Positions 8,496 through 18,434 of a stretch of DNA of 32,000 bases are shown here, piece by piece. The stretch is from contig OY969902.1 in NCBI GenBank assembly GCA_963704435.1, positions 450,001-482,000 on the forward strand. Direction: 5' to 3'. Below the pieces are notes generated by a model that saw nothing but the letters and a program-made list of their open reading frames with translations, made no database searches and had not been told where the DNA came from. The position numbers and the translations under genes were made by a program. Positions within the stretch are counted from its first letter, which is position 1; each line of letters begins with the position of its first letter. Origin of the DNA: an uncultured archaeon (GTDB lineage: Archaea > Micrarchaeota > Micrarchaeia > Micrarchaeales > CABMGC01).

Positions 8496-9293
8496 ATGGA
8501 GGCCGACATCGACTACACGAAGTCCGCGCAGGAGAACGCACAGCGCTATTTCGAGAGGTCGAAGGAGGCGAAGAGGAAGCTTGAGGGGGCGGAGCGGGCG
8601 ATCAAGAGGCTCGACGGGGAGGTGCAGTCCCTCGAGAAGTCGAAAATCCTTGATAAGAAGATCAGGAAGGTAGTGGAACGCGAGTGGTACGAGAAGTTCT
8701 ACTGGTTCTTCACCAGCGGAGGGACGCTCGCGACAGGGGGCAGGAGCGCGCAGCAGAACGAGGAGCTGGCGTCCAAGCATCTGGGCGCGGGCGACCTGTT
8801 CTTCCACGCAAACATCTTCGGCGCGTCCGCAGTCGTGCTGAAGGACGGGAAGGCGGCGGGCGACGAGGTCAAGGAGGAGGCTGCGCAGTTCGCCGCATGC
8901 TTCTCGAAGGCTTGGGAGAGCGGCCAGTCCTCTGTGGACGTCTTCGCGGTGGGAAAGGAGCAGCTCTCCAAGTCGAGCAGGGCGGGATACCTCGGCACGG
9001 GCAGCTTCCTCATGTCAGGGGAGAGGGAGTGGTTCAAGAACGTCAAGCTAGAGCTACTCGCGCTGCTTCTGGAAATGAAGGAGCCGCGGGAGAGCAAGCC
9101 GCAAACAAGATTCTGCGTCGTCCCATACCTGACCTATTCCAAAATGCAGGGCGCAAAGGGAATCCGGCTAACCCCTGGCAAGACCAAGAAGTCGGAGGCC
9201 GCAGGCAAGCTATCGCGTCTGCTCAGCTACGAGGATATAGATTACATAATGCAGCATCTTCCGCCGGGGGAGTTCCACCTAGAGAGCCTCTGA
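8496..9293 (+). CDS. NFACT-R (DUF814) domain protein related to NEMF/Rqc2/RqcH, lacking the NFACT-N domain
   Basis: Short coiled coil, then REWYEKFYWFFTSGGTLATGGRSAQQNEELASKHLGAGDLFFHANIFGASAVVLKDG, the NFACT-R core. Only ~266 aa. Confidence 0.85.
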   Translation: MEADIDYTKSAQENAQRYFERSKEAKRKLEGAERAIKRLDGEVQSLEKSKILDKKIRKVVEREWYEKFYWFFTSGGTLATGGRSAQQNEELASKHLGAGDLFFHANIFGASAVVLKDGKAAGDEVKEEAAQFAACFSKAWESGQSSVDVFAVGKEQLSKSSRAGYLGTGSFLMSGEREWFKNVKLELLALLLEMKEPRESKPQTRFCVVPYLTYSKMQGAKGIRLTPGKTKKSEAAGKLSRLLSYEDIDYIMQHLPPGEFHLESL

Positions 9294-9302
9294 AGGCCTC
9301 GC

Positions 9303-9818
9303 TCATTCTCCCGCTCTCTTTACCGACGCCTTTATCTGCTCCAGCGCCTTGTCCTTCCCCTCCCATCCGCTGACCTCGGCCCATTTCCCTGGCTCAATGC
9401 TCTTGTAGTAGGAGAAGAAATGCGCAATCATGCTTCTCGTGGCCTCAGGCAGCTGTGAGATGTCGTCAATGTCCTTGAAGGCCGCGTCGACCTTCGCCTT
9501 CGGGACGGCCATTATCTTGGTGTCTATGCCTTCCTCGTCCTTCATCAGCAGGAGGCCTATCGGCCTCACCGCTACGAAGCTTCCCGTCGCGAAAGGCGCG
9601 CTGCTGATGACCATCACGTCGAGCGGGTCGCCGTCCTCGCCCTTCGTGCCGGCGATGAATCCATAGTTGTGTGGGTAGAACATCGCCGTGTGCAGGACTC
9701 GGTCCACTTTCATGATGCCCGAAGCCTCGTCGAGCTCGTATTTTATGTTGCTTCCCTTAGGTATCTCTATGAAAGCGTTCACTTCTGCAGGCGCGTCCTT
9801 TCCAATTTTGAGTTTCAT
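9303..9818 (-). CDS. ppa: Inorganic pyrophosphatase
   Basis: EIPKGSNIKYELDEASG.., YPHNYGFI, DGDPLDVMV and GIDTKIMAVP are soluble family I PPase motifs. Confidence 0.95.
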   Translation of the reverse strand: MKLKIGKDAPAEVNAFIEIPKGSNIKYELDEASGIMKVDRVLHTAMFYPHNYGFIAGTKGEDGDPLDVMVISSAPFATGSFVAVRPIGLLLMKDEEGIDTKIMAVPKAKVDAAFKDIDDISQLPEATRSMIAHFFSYYKSIEPGKWAEVSGWEGKDKALEQIKASVKRAGE

Positions 9819-9885
9819 CCTCTCACCGCGATAGGATATTGTGCGTGGGATTTAATAGCGCTTTTCCTGGCGCTTGAGAGCGGGC

Positions 9886-11481
9886 TCACCTGCTGGATTT
9901 CGGCCGGAATAGCGACGCGTACGCTATCAGCAGCCGGAGGGGCTTCCCGAATATCTCTATGTTCCTGCTTATCTTTGTCAGCAGCGCCAGCTCCTTCTTC
10001 TTCACGGCGCCCGTCAGGATCAGGAGCGGCGGATACAGCGCCAGCACGGCAACGACCCCTATTATGAGCTGCACGGTCTGCACTCTCGAGCTTATGACAA
10101 TCAGGTTTATGGGAAGGAGGAGCGCGGTAAGCAGCGCGCTGGCGAGCACGATCCTCAGGCTTCCGCCGAGCTTCGTGTCGATTCCCATCTCCTTCTTAAG
10201 GTATCTCGCGAAGAGGTAGTTGTTGGCCATGCTGCCCACGAAGTACAGCCCGATTATCACTCCATATACTCCTATGAACGGAACGAGCGCCAGCATGAGC
10301 AGGAACTCTGCCGCCACGATTAGCATCCAGTATTTGAAGATCTTGCCTATCTTTCCCTCGCTTATCGCGAGCGACGACGCGGAGCCCCCGACTATTCCCA
10401 ACATCAGGCATATGCTCAGCGCGGGTATGTAAACCGTCGCTGCCTGATAGGAGGGGAAGATCGATGACACGAACGCGCCCGGGAAGGCCAGAAGGAACGC
10501 TGCCATCGGGGCCGTTATCAGCACGCTGAAGTATATGGAATAGTTGTAGAGCTTTCCCAGGCCGCTCCTGGCCTTCCTGCCCGCCATGGCGCTCGAGAAC
10601 ATCTGGATCAGCACGGTGCCGACAAAACCCAGCATGACGCTTATTCCGGAGCCTATCCTGAACGCCACGCCGAACGTGCCCACTACTGCCGGCGTGGAGA
10701 ATATTCCGAGAAGAAGCACCGAGAAGCTACTGACTAACCCGCTGGATATGCCCACGACCGTCAAGGGAATGGAGAAGTCAAGCATGCCCCTTATCCTTTT
10801 CGTTATTCCAGCTGGGTCGAAACTGACCCCTACGCGCTTCAGTATGAGAGCGTATCCAGTAATCATCCCCACGACCGGGCCGATTGTCATCGCGGCAATC
10901 GCGCCGAATACGCCGTAGCCCAGATATATGAGGCCCAGGGTCGCGCCCGCGAGCAGCAGGTTATATGCGATGAACATCATCGCCGCGCCCTTTCCGCTCC
11001 TCAGGGCGATCAGCATCGAGTATTCCAGATTCAACAGCGCTGAGAAGACCACGCTCAGCAGCGCGAGGTCCACGAGGTCGGTATACTTCGCATTGTGGAA
11101 TACGTAGCTCGAGACTGCAGGTCCGAAAGCGAATCCTACCAGCATGGCGACAAGGCTGCACGCGGCTACCAAGAAGAGGCTGTCCCCGATTATCTCCTTA
11201 AGGCCCTTGCTGTCGCCCGCGACAAGCAACTCGGGAATGCGCTTGTGGAGATAGGACCCGATGCTTATCCCGCTCAGCGCGAGGAACAGCGCGGCGACGC
11301 CGAAGCCCAGCGTGTACAGCCCGTAGTCGCTGGGGCCCAGCAGCCTCGCCACCGCAATCAGCGTCAGCGAGTTTATCACTATGGCCGCGGCCTGGGCTAT
11401 GGAGACGAAGGACGCGATGTTCGCGCTCTTTATCCCCAGCTCAAGCGCGCTTTCCTCAATCTCCTCCGCCATGCCGCTCAC
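9886..11481 (-). CDS. Polysaccharide/lipid-linked glycan flippase (Wzx/MVF-like)
   Basis: 531 aa, ~12-14 TM segments. N-terminus ALIAVARLLGPSDYGLYTLGFGVAALFL is typical of the flippase family. Confidence 0.8.
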   Translation of the reverse strand: MSGMAEEIEESALELGIKSANIASFVSIAQAAAIVINSLTLIAVARLLGPSDYGLYTLGFGVAALFLALSGISIGSYLHKRIPELLVAGDSKGLKEIIGDSLFLVAACSLVAMLVGFAFGPAVSSYVFHNAKYTDLVDLALLSVVFSALLNLEYSMLIALRSGKGAAMMFIAYNLLLAGATLGLIYLGYGVFGAIAAMTIGPVVGMITGYALILKRVGVSFDPAGITKRIRGMLDFSIPLTVVGISSGLVSSFSVLLLGIFSTPAVVGTFGVAFRIGSGISVMLGFVGTVLIQMFSSAMAGRKARSGLGKLYNYSIYFSVLITAPMAAFLLAFPGAFVSSIFPSYQAATVYIPALSICLMLGIVGGSASSLAISEGKIGKIFKYWMLIVAAEFLLMLALVPFIGVYGVIIGLYFVGSMANNYLFARYLKKEMGIDTKLGGSLRIVLASALLTALLLPINLIVISSRVQTVQLIIGVVAVLALYPPLLILTGAVKKKELALLTKISRNIEIFGKPLRLLIAYASLFRPKSSR

Positions 11482-13058
11482 TGCAAAATATGTATCATTG
11501 CCTTAAGATAGCCCATCATCGGGGACATCGCCCTGTCGAGCGATGGGAGCTCCTTCGTGGCCTTCTCGAGCGTGGCGAGGTCGTCCCGGTCCAAGGCGCG
11601 GAACAGCGCGAGCAGAGGCGGGTAGAGCGCCGCCATCACGATGATCCCGTACGCCAGCTCAAGCACGAGGCTGCCTATCAGCAGCCCGAGCGCCAGCGCC
11701 AGCGCCAGGACGGCGTTGCACGCGAATGTGCGCAATAGCTTTCCGTACCTTATCCTGATGCCGAGCCTGACGCGCGACCCGCGGATAAGCAGCCAGTCGG
11801 TCGCGATGCTGCCTATGAAGAACACCGCCACTATGCTGCCCGGCGCGCCCCATAGGGGCGTAAGTATCAGCAGTGCGGCGACCTGCACGCACGTCGAGAC
11901 GAGCATGTAGCGCAGCAGCTCGGAGGTCTTTTCCATGGCCGCGAAGAGGTTCGCGGCATATATCCCCACGAGGCCCAAGACCGTGCCGAGGGCCATAAGC
12001 GCAAGGTAGAGCGGCGCCGTGGTGAACGCGCGCGATATGAACAGGTAGATCAGCGGCCTCGCGAACACGCCGAGGTAAGCGATGACAGGCACGGTGACCA
12101 CGACGGAGTAGAGCAGCGCCTTCTCGTAGACCCTGCCCACGGCTCCGCGCTTGCCCGCCTTGGCGCGCCTCGCCATCGCTATCGAGAGCAGTGGAAGGAA
12201 CATCACGGCTGCGGTCGAGTAGAAGAGCGCGATAGCGTTCCTGGCGGAGTTGGCCATGTTGTAGTTGCCGAGCACTCCGGTCGACACGAAGATCCCGAGG
12301 AACAGCGTGCCGAATCCGAACACTATGCTGGACAGCGTGTTCACCGCGGCCATGGGCAGGGAGAACCCGAAGCCGTCCGCGAACTCCTTCCTGCTCGGAA
12401 TCCTGAGCCTCAGTCGCACCAGCCTGGAAGACGCCCAGAACACGAGTATCGTCCCTGCGACTCCTGCGACCGCATAGCTTATGAACAGGCCAGCGACCGC
12501 GCCGCTTGCGCCGAAGCCCATGCGTATAAGGATCACGCTCGCGACTATGAGCACGACGTTCTCGCATATCTCGATCGAGACCGCGATCGCATTCCTGCCG
12601 ATGCCGATCAGCGCGTAGTCGGAGGTGCCGTAGAGCATCGAGAACACGACGGTGAGCGACGCGAGGACGAAGAGCATGGGGGTCGCGCCCGAGCCGTGGA
12701 ACAGCGCCGCCGCGTATCCGCTCACCGCGATCCCTATGAGCGTCAGCGCGATGCCTATCAGGGCCACCGAGATGTAGCTCGAGACGAGCGCGCCCGAGAA
12801 GCCCTCGCCGTCCTTCGCATCCCCGTACGCGGACAGGCGCTTCGTCAGGTAGAATCCGAAGCCGAAGTTATTCGTCGCGCTGATGAGGTAGAAGAACGCG
12901 TAGGCCAGCGCGTAGAGCCCATACTCGCTCGGCCCGAGCAGCCTCGCCATTACCACCAGCGCCGCCAGCGCCGTCGCCAGGCTGAATATCCTGCCCAGCG
13001 TGAGCGCCGAGAACGTCCTTGCGCTCCGCCTTCCGAGAGTTTCCCTATCCTCAGGCAT
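11478..13058 (-). CDS. Polysaccharide/lipid-linked glycan flippase (Wzx/MVF-like), second paralog
   Basis: 526 aa multi-TM. VVMARLLGPSEYGLYALAYAFFYLISATNNFGFGFYLTKRLS is paralogous to the adjacent gene. GTGA 4-nt overlap with the downstream flippase. Confidence 0.8.
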   Translation of the reverse strand: MPEDRETLGRRSARTFSALTLGRIFSLATALAALVVMARLLGPSEYGLYALAYAFFYLISATNNFGFGFYLTKRLSAYGDAKDGEGFSGALVSSYISVALIGIALTLIGIAVSGYAAALFHGSGATPMLFVLASLTVVFSMLYGTSDYALIGIGRNAIAVSIEICENVVLIVASVILIRMGFGASGAVAGLFISYAVAGVAGTILVFWASSRLVRLRLRIPSRKEFADGFGFSLPMAAVNTLSSIVFGFGTLFLGIFVSTGVLGNYNMANSARNAIALFYSTAAVMFLPLLSIAMARRAKAGKRGAVGRVYEKALLYSVVVTVPVIAYLGVFARPLIYLFISRAFTTAPLYLALMALGTVLGLVGIYAANLFAAMEKTSELLRYMLVSTCVQVAALLILTPLWGAPGSIVAVFFIGSIATDWLLIRGSRVRLGIRIRYGKLLRTFACNAVLALALALGLLIGSLVLELAYGIIVMAALYPPLLALFRALDRDDLATLEKATKELPSLDRAMSPMMGYLKAMIHILQ

Positions 13059-13120
13059 ACGAAAGGCTTTCTCCTAAAAAGCTTAATAATATGTTTTGGT
13101 ATTGATTCTAGGGTTTTCCG

Positions 13121-15349
13121 GTGCTTACGATCAACAGAAAGCTGGCCAAGGAGTACGCGCTTGTCGCGCTGGCGTTCCTACTCGTGTCGCTTGTCTTCTT
13201 CTGGCCGCTGCTGGGCGGGATAACGCACGTGGTGCCGGGCACAGGGGGCGACACGTTCCAGAGCATGTGGAACCTCTGGTGGGTCCCGTACTCGCTGTTC
13301 ACGCTCGGAGCGTCGCCGTACATGACCCATCTGGTGTTCTATCCGGTTGGCGCAAACCTGGCCACGCAGACGATGGCCCCGATCGCCGGAATAGTCAGCC
13401 TGCTGTTCCAGTGGGTCAGCCTGGCGTTCTCGCTCAACATGATCTTCCTGATAGGGTTCGTGCTGTCCGGGCTCTTCATGTACATGCTCGCATTCCACAT
13501 CACCAAGAACCGGATAGCATCTTTCCTTGCTGGGTTCATCTTCGCGTTCAGCCCAATGCACACCATACAGTCGTTCGGCCACCTGCAGTTCATGAACATC
13601 GGGTTCATACCGCTCTTCCTGCTCTTCTTCATCAAGATGTTCGAGGAGCACAAGCACAGCGATGCGATACTCGCGGGAATCTCGTTCGTGCTGCTGGCCT
13701 TCATGGGGGACATAGAGCAGGCGCTCATGACGATGGTCATCGTGTTCCTGCTGCTCGTCTACCTGCTGCTGACCAAGAGCAACAGGCCAAAGGTCCTGAA
13801 CAGGAAGTTCGCGCTCGTGTTCGCGGAGATGGCGGTCGTAGCGGCCGCGCTCGGATCCCCTGCGATAATCGCGATAGCTGGCTCCCTCAATGCGGGCACG
13901 CTCAGCACGGCAAATGCGCAGGCTACGCTCGGATACAACATGCTCTACAGCCCTGACCTGCTATCTTTCTTCATACCCAGCTCGATGAACGGCATACTGA
14001 GCTTCGCGTCATCGCCCTTCTCGGCGATAAACGCGCCGGCGGTCGCAGAGCGCACGACGTATGTCGGATATACCGTGATCCTGCTCGCGCTGATCGGCAT
14101 CTGGGTATCGTTCAAGGAGAAGTTCAGGCACTACACCGGTGCGATAATATTCGCCCTGGTCGTGCTTGCGCTGCTTTCTATTGGCCCCTACCTCCAGGTG
14201 AACGGGTCAGTGACGCAGGTGCCCGGCCTTTACCTGGCCTACCACCAGATCCCTCTGTTCAACGTGCTCAGGGAGCCAGGGAGGTTCGACATGGCTGTCG
14301 AGCTGTTCCTCGCTCTTCTCGCCGCCATCGGTTTCGCGGAGGTCGAGAAGAAGCTCGCCGGAGCTAAGCCGGGCGGGCGCGACATGAGGCTGGTGATCGC
14401 GGTGGTGTTCCTCGCGCTCCTGGTCGTCGAGTACAACCCGCTGCCGATCAGCACCGTGGCGCTGAACGGGATGTATTCCAACGCTCTGATCCCGAGCGCA
14501 TATCCTGAGCTCGCGCAGGTACCGGGCAACTTCTCGGTGATGGTGCTGCCCGCGCTCGCCAACCAAGCGAACGCCACTCCGGAGCTGTATCCTGGCCTGG
14601 CGCTCTACTACCAGACCGCATTCAAGAAGGCGCTCGTCGGGGGCTACACGACTAGGTCAAACGTCTCGCAGGAGTTCTCGCTGGTGAACGTCCCGCTCGC
14701 GGACGCTGCGGCGTACCTGAACGAGGGACAGGGCCTGATATACGGCTCCCCCATAATCGAGAACTACACGAACGTGACGCTGCTCATGCTGTACGCCTAC
14801 AACGTCGAATTCATATCGGTGATCAGGCAGGCATACAACGTGAGCCAGACGCAGGAGCTCGCCAGCTACCTCGCAAACGTCTTCGGGTACCCTGTGTACC
14901 AGAGCAACTCGACGCTGGTCTTCTCCACATCCAACGCGATCGGGCGCTCAGTGGGAAAGAGCATCGTCGCGTACACCCCTTCGCTGATGGGAAGCCAGTA
15001 CAGCGTGTGGCAGCCCGGATGGGTGCTGTGCGGCACCACGCCTTGCACCGCCGCAGTAGCTGACACGTGGTTCGCCATAGATCCGGCGTACATAAACATC
15101 TATTCGCCGAAGCAGACGGTGATTGCCATGAACATGCGCATGATGTCGCCGACGGGCCCGAAGACGGAGTACGTCTATCTCAACAACCAGCTGATCTACG
15201 CGCTCAACCTGACGCAGACGCTGAACAACTACACGCTCAACCTGTCGGCGAGCTCTGGGCTCAACCAGCTCATACTCTACTCGCAGGGGGGCAATGCGAC
15301 CGCGTACTCGAACATCGGAGTGCAGAACGTGACCTTCGTGGCGCGCTGA
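13121..15349 (+). CDS. Large multi-pass membrane protein, GT-C/YfhO-like glycosyltransferase candidate
   Basis: 742 aa. N-terminal ~450 aa is multi-TM with GDTFQSMWNLWW and HITKNRIASFLAGFIFAFSPMHTIQSFGHLQF. C-terminal ~250 aa is an extracytoplasmic, Asn/Tyr-rich domain. GTG start. Confidence 0.55.
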   Translation: MLTINRKLAKEYALVALAFLLVSLVFFWPLLGGITHVVPGTGGDTFQSMWNLWWVPYSLFTLGASPYMTHLVFYPVGANLATQTMAPIAGIVSLLFQWVSLAFSLNMIFLIGFVLSGLFMYMLAFHITKNRIASFLAGFIFAFSPMHTIQSFGHLQFMNIGFIPLFLLFFIKMFEEHKHSDAILAGISFVLLAFMGDIEQALMTMVIVFLLLVYLLLTKSNRPKVLNRKFALVFAEMAVVAAALGSPAIIAIAGSLNAGTLSTANAQATLGYNMLYSPDLLSFFIPSSMNGILSFASSPFSAINAPAVAERTTYVGYTVILLALIGIWVSFKEKFRHYTGAIIFALVVLALLSIGPYLQVNGSVTQVPGLYLAYHQIPLFNVLREPGRFDMAVELFLALLAAIGFAEVEKKLAGAKPGGRDMRLVIAVVFLALLVVEYNPLPISTVALNGMYSNALIPSAYPELAQVPGNFSVMVLPALANQANATPELYPGLALYYQTAFKKALVGGYTTRSNVSQEFSLVNVPLADAAAYLNEGQGLIYGSPIIENYTNVTLLMLYAYNVEFISVIRQAYNVSQTQELASYLANVFGYPVYQSNSTLVFSTSNAIGRSVGKSIVAYTPSLMGSQYSVWQPGWVLCGTTPCTAAVADTWFAIDPAYINIYSPKQTVIAMNMRMMSPTGPKTEYVYLNNQLIYALNLTQTLNNYTLNLSASSGLNQLILYSQGGNATAYSNIGVQNVTFVAR

Positions 15350-15469
15350 CCGCGCCGCGATGCGCGCGGCATACAGGGATTTACAAGAATCCGCACATAA
15401 CGCTTAAATAATTATATGTTCACCTTCCTTATCGTTGCACTGGTTCGGGATATCGGTGCGGTGATAGGT

Positions 15470-15709
15470 ATGGAGGGTGGGAATTTGCTAGAGGGTGAGA
15501 TGTACGACCTCAACATCAAGGCCAAGAACATGAGAGGCGAAGGGATAGGGAAGGTGAACGACACCATAGTCTTCGTGAAGAACGCGAAGACCAGGATGGG
15601 CAAGATATACCGGGTCAAGATAACCAAGGTGTACCGGACGTTCGCTTATGCCGAAACGTCGGATGACAGCAAGTATTTTATAGGTAATGGTAGTTTAATA
15701 ATCGGATAG
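15470..15709 (+). CDS. TRAM domain protein
   Basis: EGEMYDLNIKAKNMRGEGIGKVNDTIVFVKNAKTRMGKIYRVKITKVYRTFAYAE is the TRAM domain pattern. ATG at 15470 fits the TATA-like box near 15402-15412 better than ATG 15416. Confidence 0.85.
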   Translation: MEGGNLLEGEMYDLNIKAKNMRGEGIGKVNDTIVFVKNAKTRMGKIYRVKITKVYRTFAYAETSDDSKYFIGNGSLIIG

Positions 15710-15710
15710 G

Positions 15711-15726
15711 CTTTTTTTCTTTTCTT
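15711..15726 (+). terminator. Poly-T tract, probable archaeal intrinsic terminator after the TRAM gene
   Basis: CTTTTTTTCTTTTCTTAATT immediately downstream of the TAG stop. Confidence 0.5.
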
Positions 15727-15753
15727 AATTTAGTCTTTTTATCTGGTGAAGCC

Positions 15754-16386
15754 ATGGACAAGAAGGAAATTTCAGCAGCCATTAGGAAGGGCACGACCAC
15801 CGTCGGGATCGTCTGCGGGGACGGAGTGGTCATGGGCGCCGACAGCAGGGCGACGGCGGACACGTTCATAGCGAGCTCCGAGGCCATAAAGGTCTACAAA
15901 ATAGACGACGGCCTGGGCGTCACGATAGCCGGCGTCGTAGGGGACGCGGCGTACCTGGTCAAGTTCCTGAAGGTGCAGAACGAGTTCTACAAGATGAACG
16001 AGGGAAAGCCGCTGTCTCCGGCCGCGGCCGCGTCGCTGCTCTCGCTGCTGCTGCAGGAGAACAAGTTCGCGCCGTACATAGTGCAGCTCATAGTCGGCGG
16101 AGTCAACAAGGCCCCGGAGCTCTACACGATAGACCCGTACGGCGGGTCCATAAAGGAGACGAAGTTCACCTCCACCGGGAGCGGCTCCCTCACGGCGCTC
16201 GGCTACCTGGAGAGCATCTACGTGCCGTCGCTAAGCACGCAGGAAGCCGCGAAGCACACGGCCAAGGCGCTCAGCATAGCGATGAAGAGGGACTCGGCGA
16301 CGGGGGACAGCATGAAGCTCATAGCGATAACGAAGAAAGGCTTCAAGGAATATTCAAAGGAGGAAATAGACAAGCTGCTGAAGTGA
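15754..16386 (+). CDS. psmB: Proteasome subunit beta
   Basis: Short propeptide then catalytic Thr: KG|TTTVGIVCGDGVVMGADSRAT. GDAAYLVKFL and GSGSLTALGYLES are also present. Confidence 0.95.
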   Translation: MDKKEISAAIRKGTTTVGIVCGDGVVMGADSRATADTFIASSEAIKVYKIDDGLGVTIAGVVGDAAYLVKFLKVQNEFYKMNEGKPLSPAAAASLLSLLLQENKFAPYIVQLIVGGVNKAPELYTIDPYGGSIKETKFTSTGSGSLTALGYLESIYVPSLSTQEAAKHTAKALSIAMKRDSATGDSMKLIAITKKGFKEYSKEEIDKLLK

Positions 16387-16451
16387 CTGCTGCATAGGTG
16401 CAGCGCGCGTTTCGACTACCACGCAGTGGAAACGAAATTGCGATTTTTTGA

Positions 16452-18404
16452 GTGGATCAATTGGAAGAAGCAAAGCAAGAGGAGAAAAACATACTAAACG
16501 CTGTCAAGGAGCTCGTGCCCAAGGAGGCGGGGCTCACGAAGGCGGAGTTCGAGGGCCCTGACGTCGCGGTATACGTCAAGAACGTCGCCGCGATCTACGG
16601 CAACGAGCAGGTCATAAGGAGCATCTCCACAAGCATCAAGAAGAAGCTCATAGTGAGGAGCGACCCGTCTCAGCTCAAGGACCCTGAGGAGACGAAGAGG
16701 AGGATACTCGCGATAGTGCCCCCAGAGGCGGGCATATCCGAGGAGACCATAAGGCTCGTGCCCGAGTTCAGCGAGGTGCAGATAGAGGCGATGAAGCCCG
16801 GCCTGGTGATAGGCAAGGGGGGCTCCACGCTCATAAAGATAGTGCTAGAGACCGGCTGGGTCCCGAAGGTGCTGAGGATACCCACGATGAACAGCGACAT
16901 CATAAAGGGGGTCAGGCAGCTGCTCATAAAGGAATGCGACTTCAGGAAGAGGTTCCTCACCACGATAGGCAAGAAGATAAACAAGCCGATATCCAAGAGC
17001 GAGTGGGTCAAGGCCACGGCGCTCGGAGGGTTCAAGGAGGTCGGGAGGAGCAGCCTGCTCATAGAGACCAACCACTCCAAGATACTGATAGACTGCGGGG
17101 TCAGCCCGGAGCCTTCGATAAAGGGGCTGGAGGCGGTGACCGCGGACGAGAACAAGGCGTTCCCATACCTAGACAGCGCGAACATAACGATAAACGACCT
17201 CGACGCCGTCATACTCACGCACTCGCACATGGACCACATGGGCTTCGTGCCGTACCTGTTCAAGTTCGGCTACGAGGGGCCCGTCTACTGCACCCCGCCG
17301 ACCAGGGACCTGGCCGCGCTGCTGCTCTTCGACTACGTCAAGCTGGTCCAGAGGGGAGGGGGCACGCCGATATACGACGACAAGGACATAAGGAAGATGC
17401 TCACGCACATGATAACCAGGGACTACGGCGAGGTCACGAACGTGACCGACGAGATAAAGCTCACGTACCACAACGCGGGCCACATCCTTGGCAGCTCGGT
17501 CGTGCACCTACACATCGGGGAGGGCATGTACAACATAGTGCACAGCGGCGACCTGAAGTACGGCTTCACGAGGCTGCTCGACCAGGCCGACACCAGGTAC
17601 CCGCGCGTGGATGCGCTCTTCATAGAGAGCACGTACGGCGGGTCGCGCGACGTGATGACGAACAGGCAGTTCGCGGAGATGCAGCTGATGGACCTGATAA
17701 AGAGCACGATAGAGAACAAGGGCAAGGTGCTCATACCTGTGTTCTCCGTGGGAAGGAGCCAGGAGATAATGCTGGTCCTGGAGAGCTTCCTGACCAACAA
17801 TCCCAAGTACAAGATCGACGCTCCGGTGTACCTCGACGGCATGATACTCGAGGCAAGCGCGATCCACACCGCGTACCCCGAATACCTCAAGGCCAGCCTG
17901 CAGCACCGCATACTCAGCAACAACTCCCCGTTCGAGAGCGAGGTGTTCCAGATAGCGAAGGGCGAGAGGGAGGAAATAGTCGAGAGGGGGCCCGCAGTCA
18001 TACTCGCGAGCGGCGGCATGCTGAACGGCGGCACGTCGCTGGAATACTTCAAGGCAATGGCCGAGGATCCGAAGAACGCGCTGGTGTTCGTAGGCTACAA
18101 CAGCGTCAGCTCGCTGGGAAGGAAGATCCAGAACGGGTTCAAGCAGATAGCGCTGCCCGGAGAGAACGGGAAGATGGAGCCGCTGAACATAAACATGCAG
18201 GTGAGGACCGCGGAGGGCTTCTCAGGGCACAGCGACCGGAGGGAGCTGCTGAACTTCACGCAGAGCATAAGGCCGGCGCCGAAGAAGGTGTTCACGATGC
18301 ACGGGGAGGCGCAGAAGTGCGAGGACCTGGCCAGGGCGATAGGGATGAAGTTCCACCTCGAGGCGCGCGCTCCGATGGACCTGGACTCGATAAGGTTCAA
18401 GTAA
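16452..18404 (+). CDS. Archaeal beta-CASP ribonuclease aCPSF1 (KH + metallo-beta-lactamase)
   Basis: KH-like PGLVIGKGGSTLIKI. MBL motif LTHSHMDHMG. Beta-CASP segments FSVGRSQEIMLVL, ILASGGMLNGG, FVGYNSVSSLGRKI and FSGHSDRRELL. Confidence 0.95.
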   Translation: MDQLEEAKQEEKNILNAVKELVPKEAGLTKAEFEGPDVAVYVKNVAAIYGNEQVIRSISTSIKKKLIVRSDPSQLKDPEETKRRILAIVPPEAGISEETIRLVPEFSEVQIEAMKPGLVIGKGGSTLIKIVLETGWVPKVLRIPTMNSDIIKGVRQLLIKECDFRKRFLTTIGKKINKPISKSEWVKATALGGFKEVGRSSLLIETNHSKILIDCGVSPEPSIKGLEAVTADENKAFPYLDSANITINDLDAVILTHSHMDHMGFVPYLFKFGYEGPVYCTPPTRDLAALLLFDYVKLVQRGGGTPIYDDKDIRKMLTHMITRDYGEVTNVTDEIKLTYHNAGHILGSSVVHLHIGEGMYNIVHSGDLKYGFTRLLDQADTRYPRVDALFIESTYGGSRDVMTNRQFAEMQLMDLIKSTIENKGKVLIPVFSVGRSQEIMLVLESFLTNNPKYKIDAPVYLDGMILEASAIHTAYPEYLKASLQHRILSNNSPFESEVFQIAKGEREEIVERGPAVILASGGMLNGGTSLEYFKAMAEDPKNALVFVGYNSVSSLGRKIQNGFKQIALPGENGKMEPLNINMQVRTAEGFSGHSDRRELLNFTQSIRPAPKKVFTMHGEAQKCEDLARAIGMKFHLEARAPMDLDSIRFK

Positions 18405-18434
18405 TTTGGAGACCTGGCGCAAGGGAGACAGGCA

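Noticed and set aside
11659-12567. 302-aa ORF inside the second flippase
   Set aside because: Out-of-frame, Arg-rich translation on the same strand as a clear flippase.
13096-13956. 286-aa ORF overlapping the start of the 742-aa membrane protein
   Set aside because: His/Arg/Ala-rich shifted frame. The GTG-initiated membrane protein has coherent TM segments.
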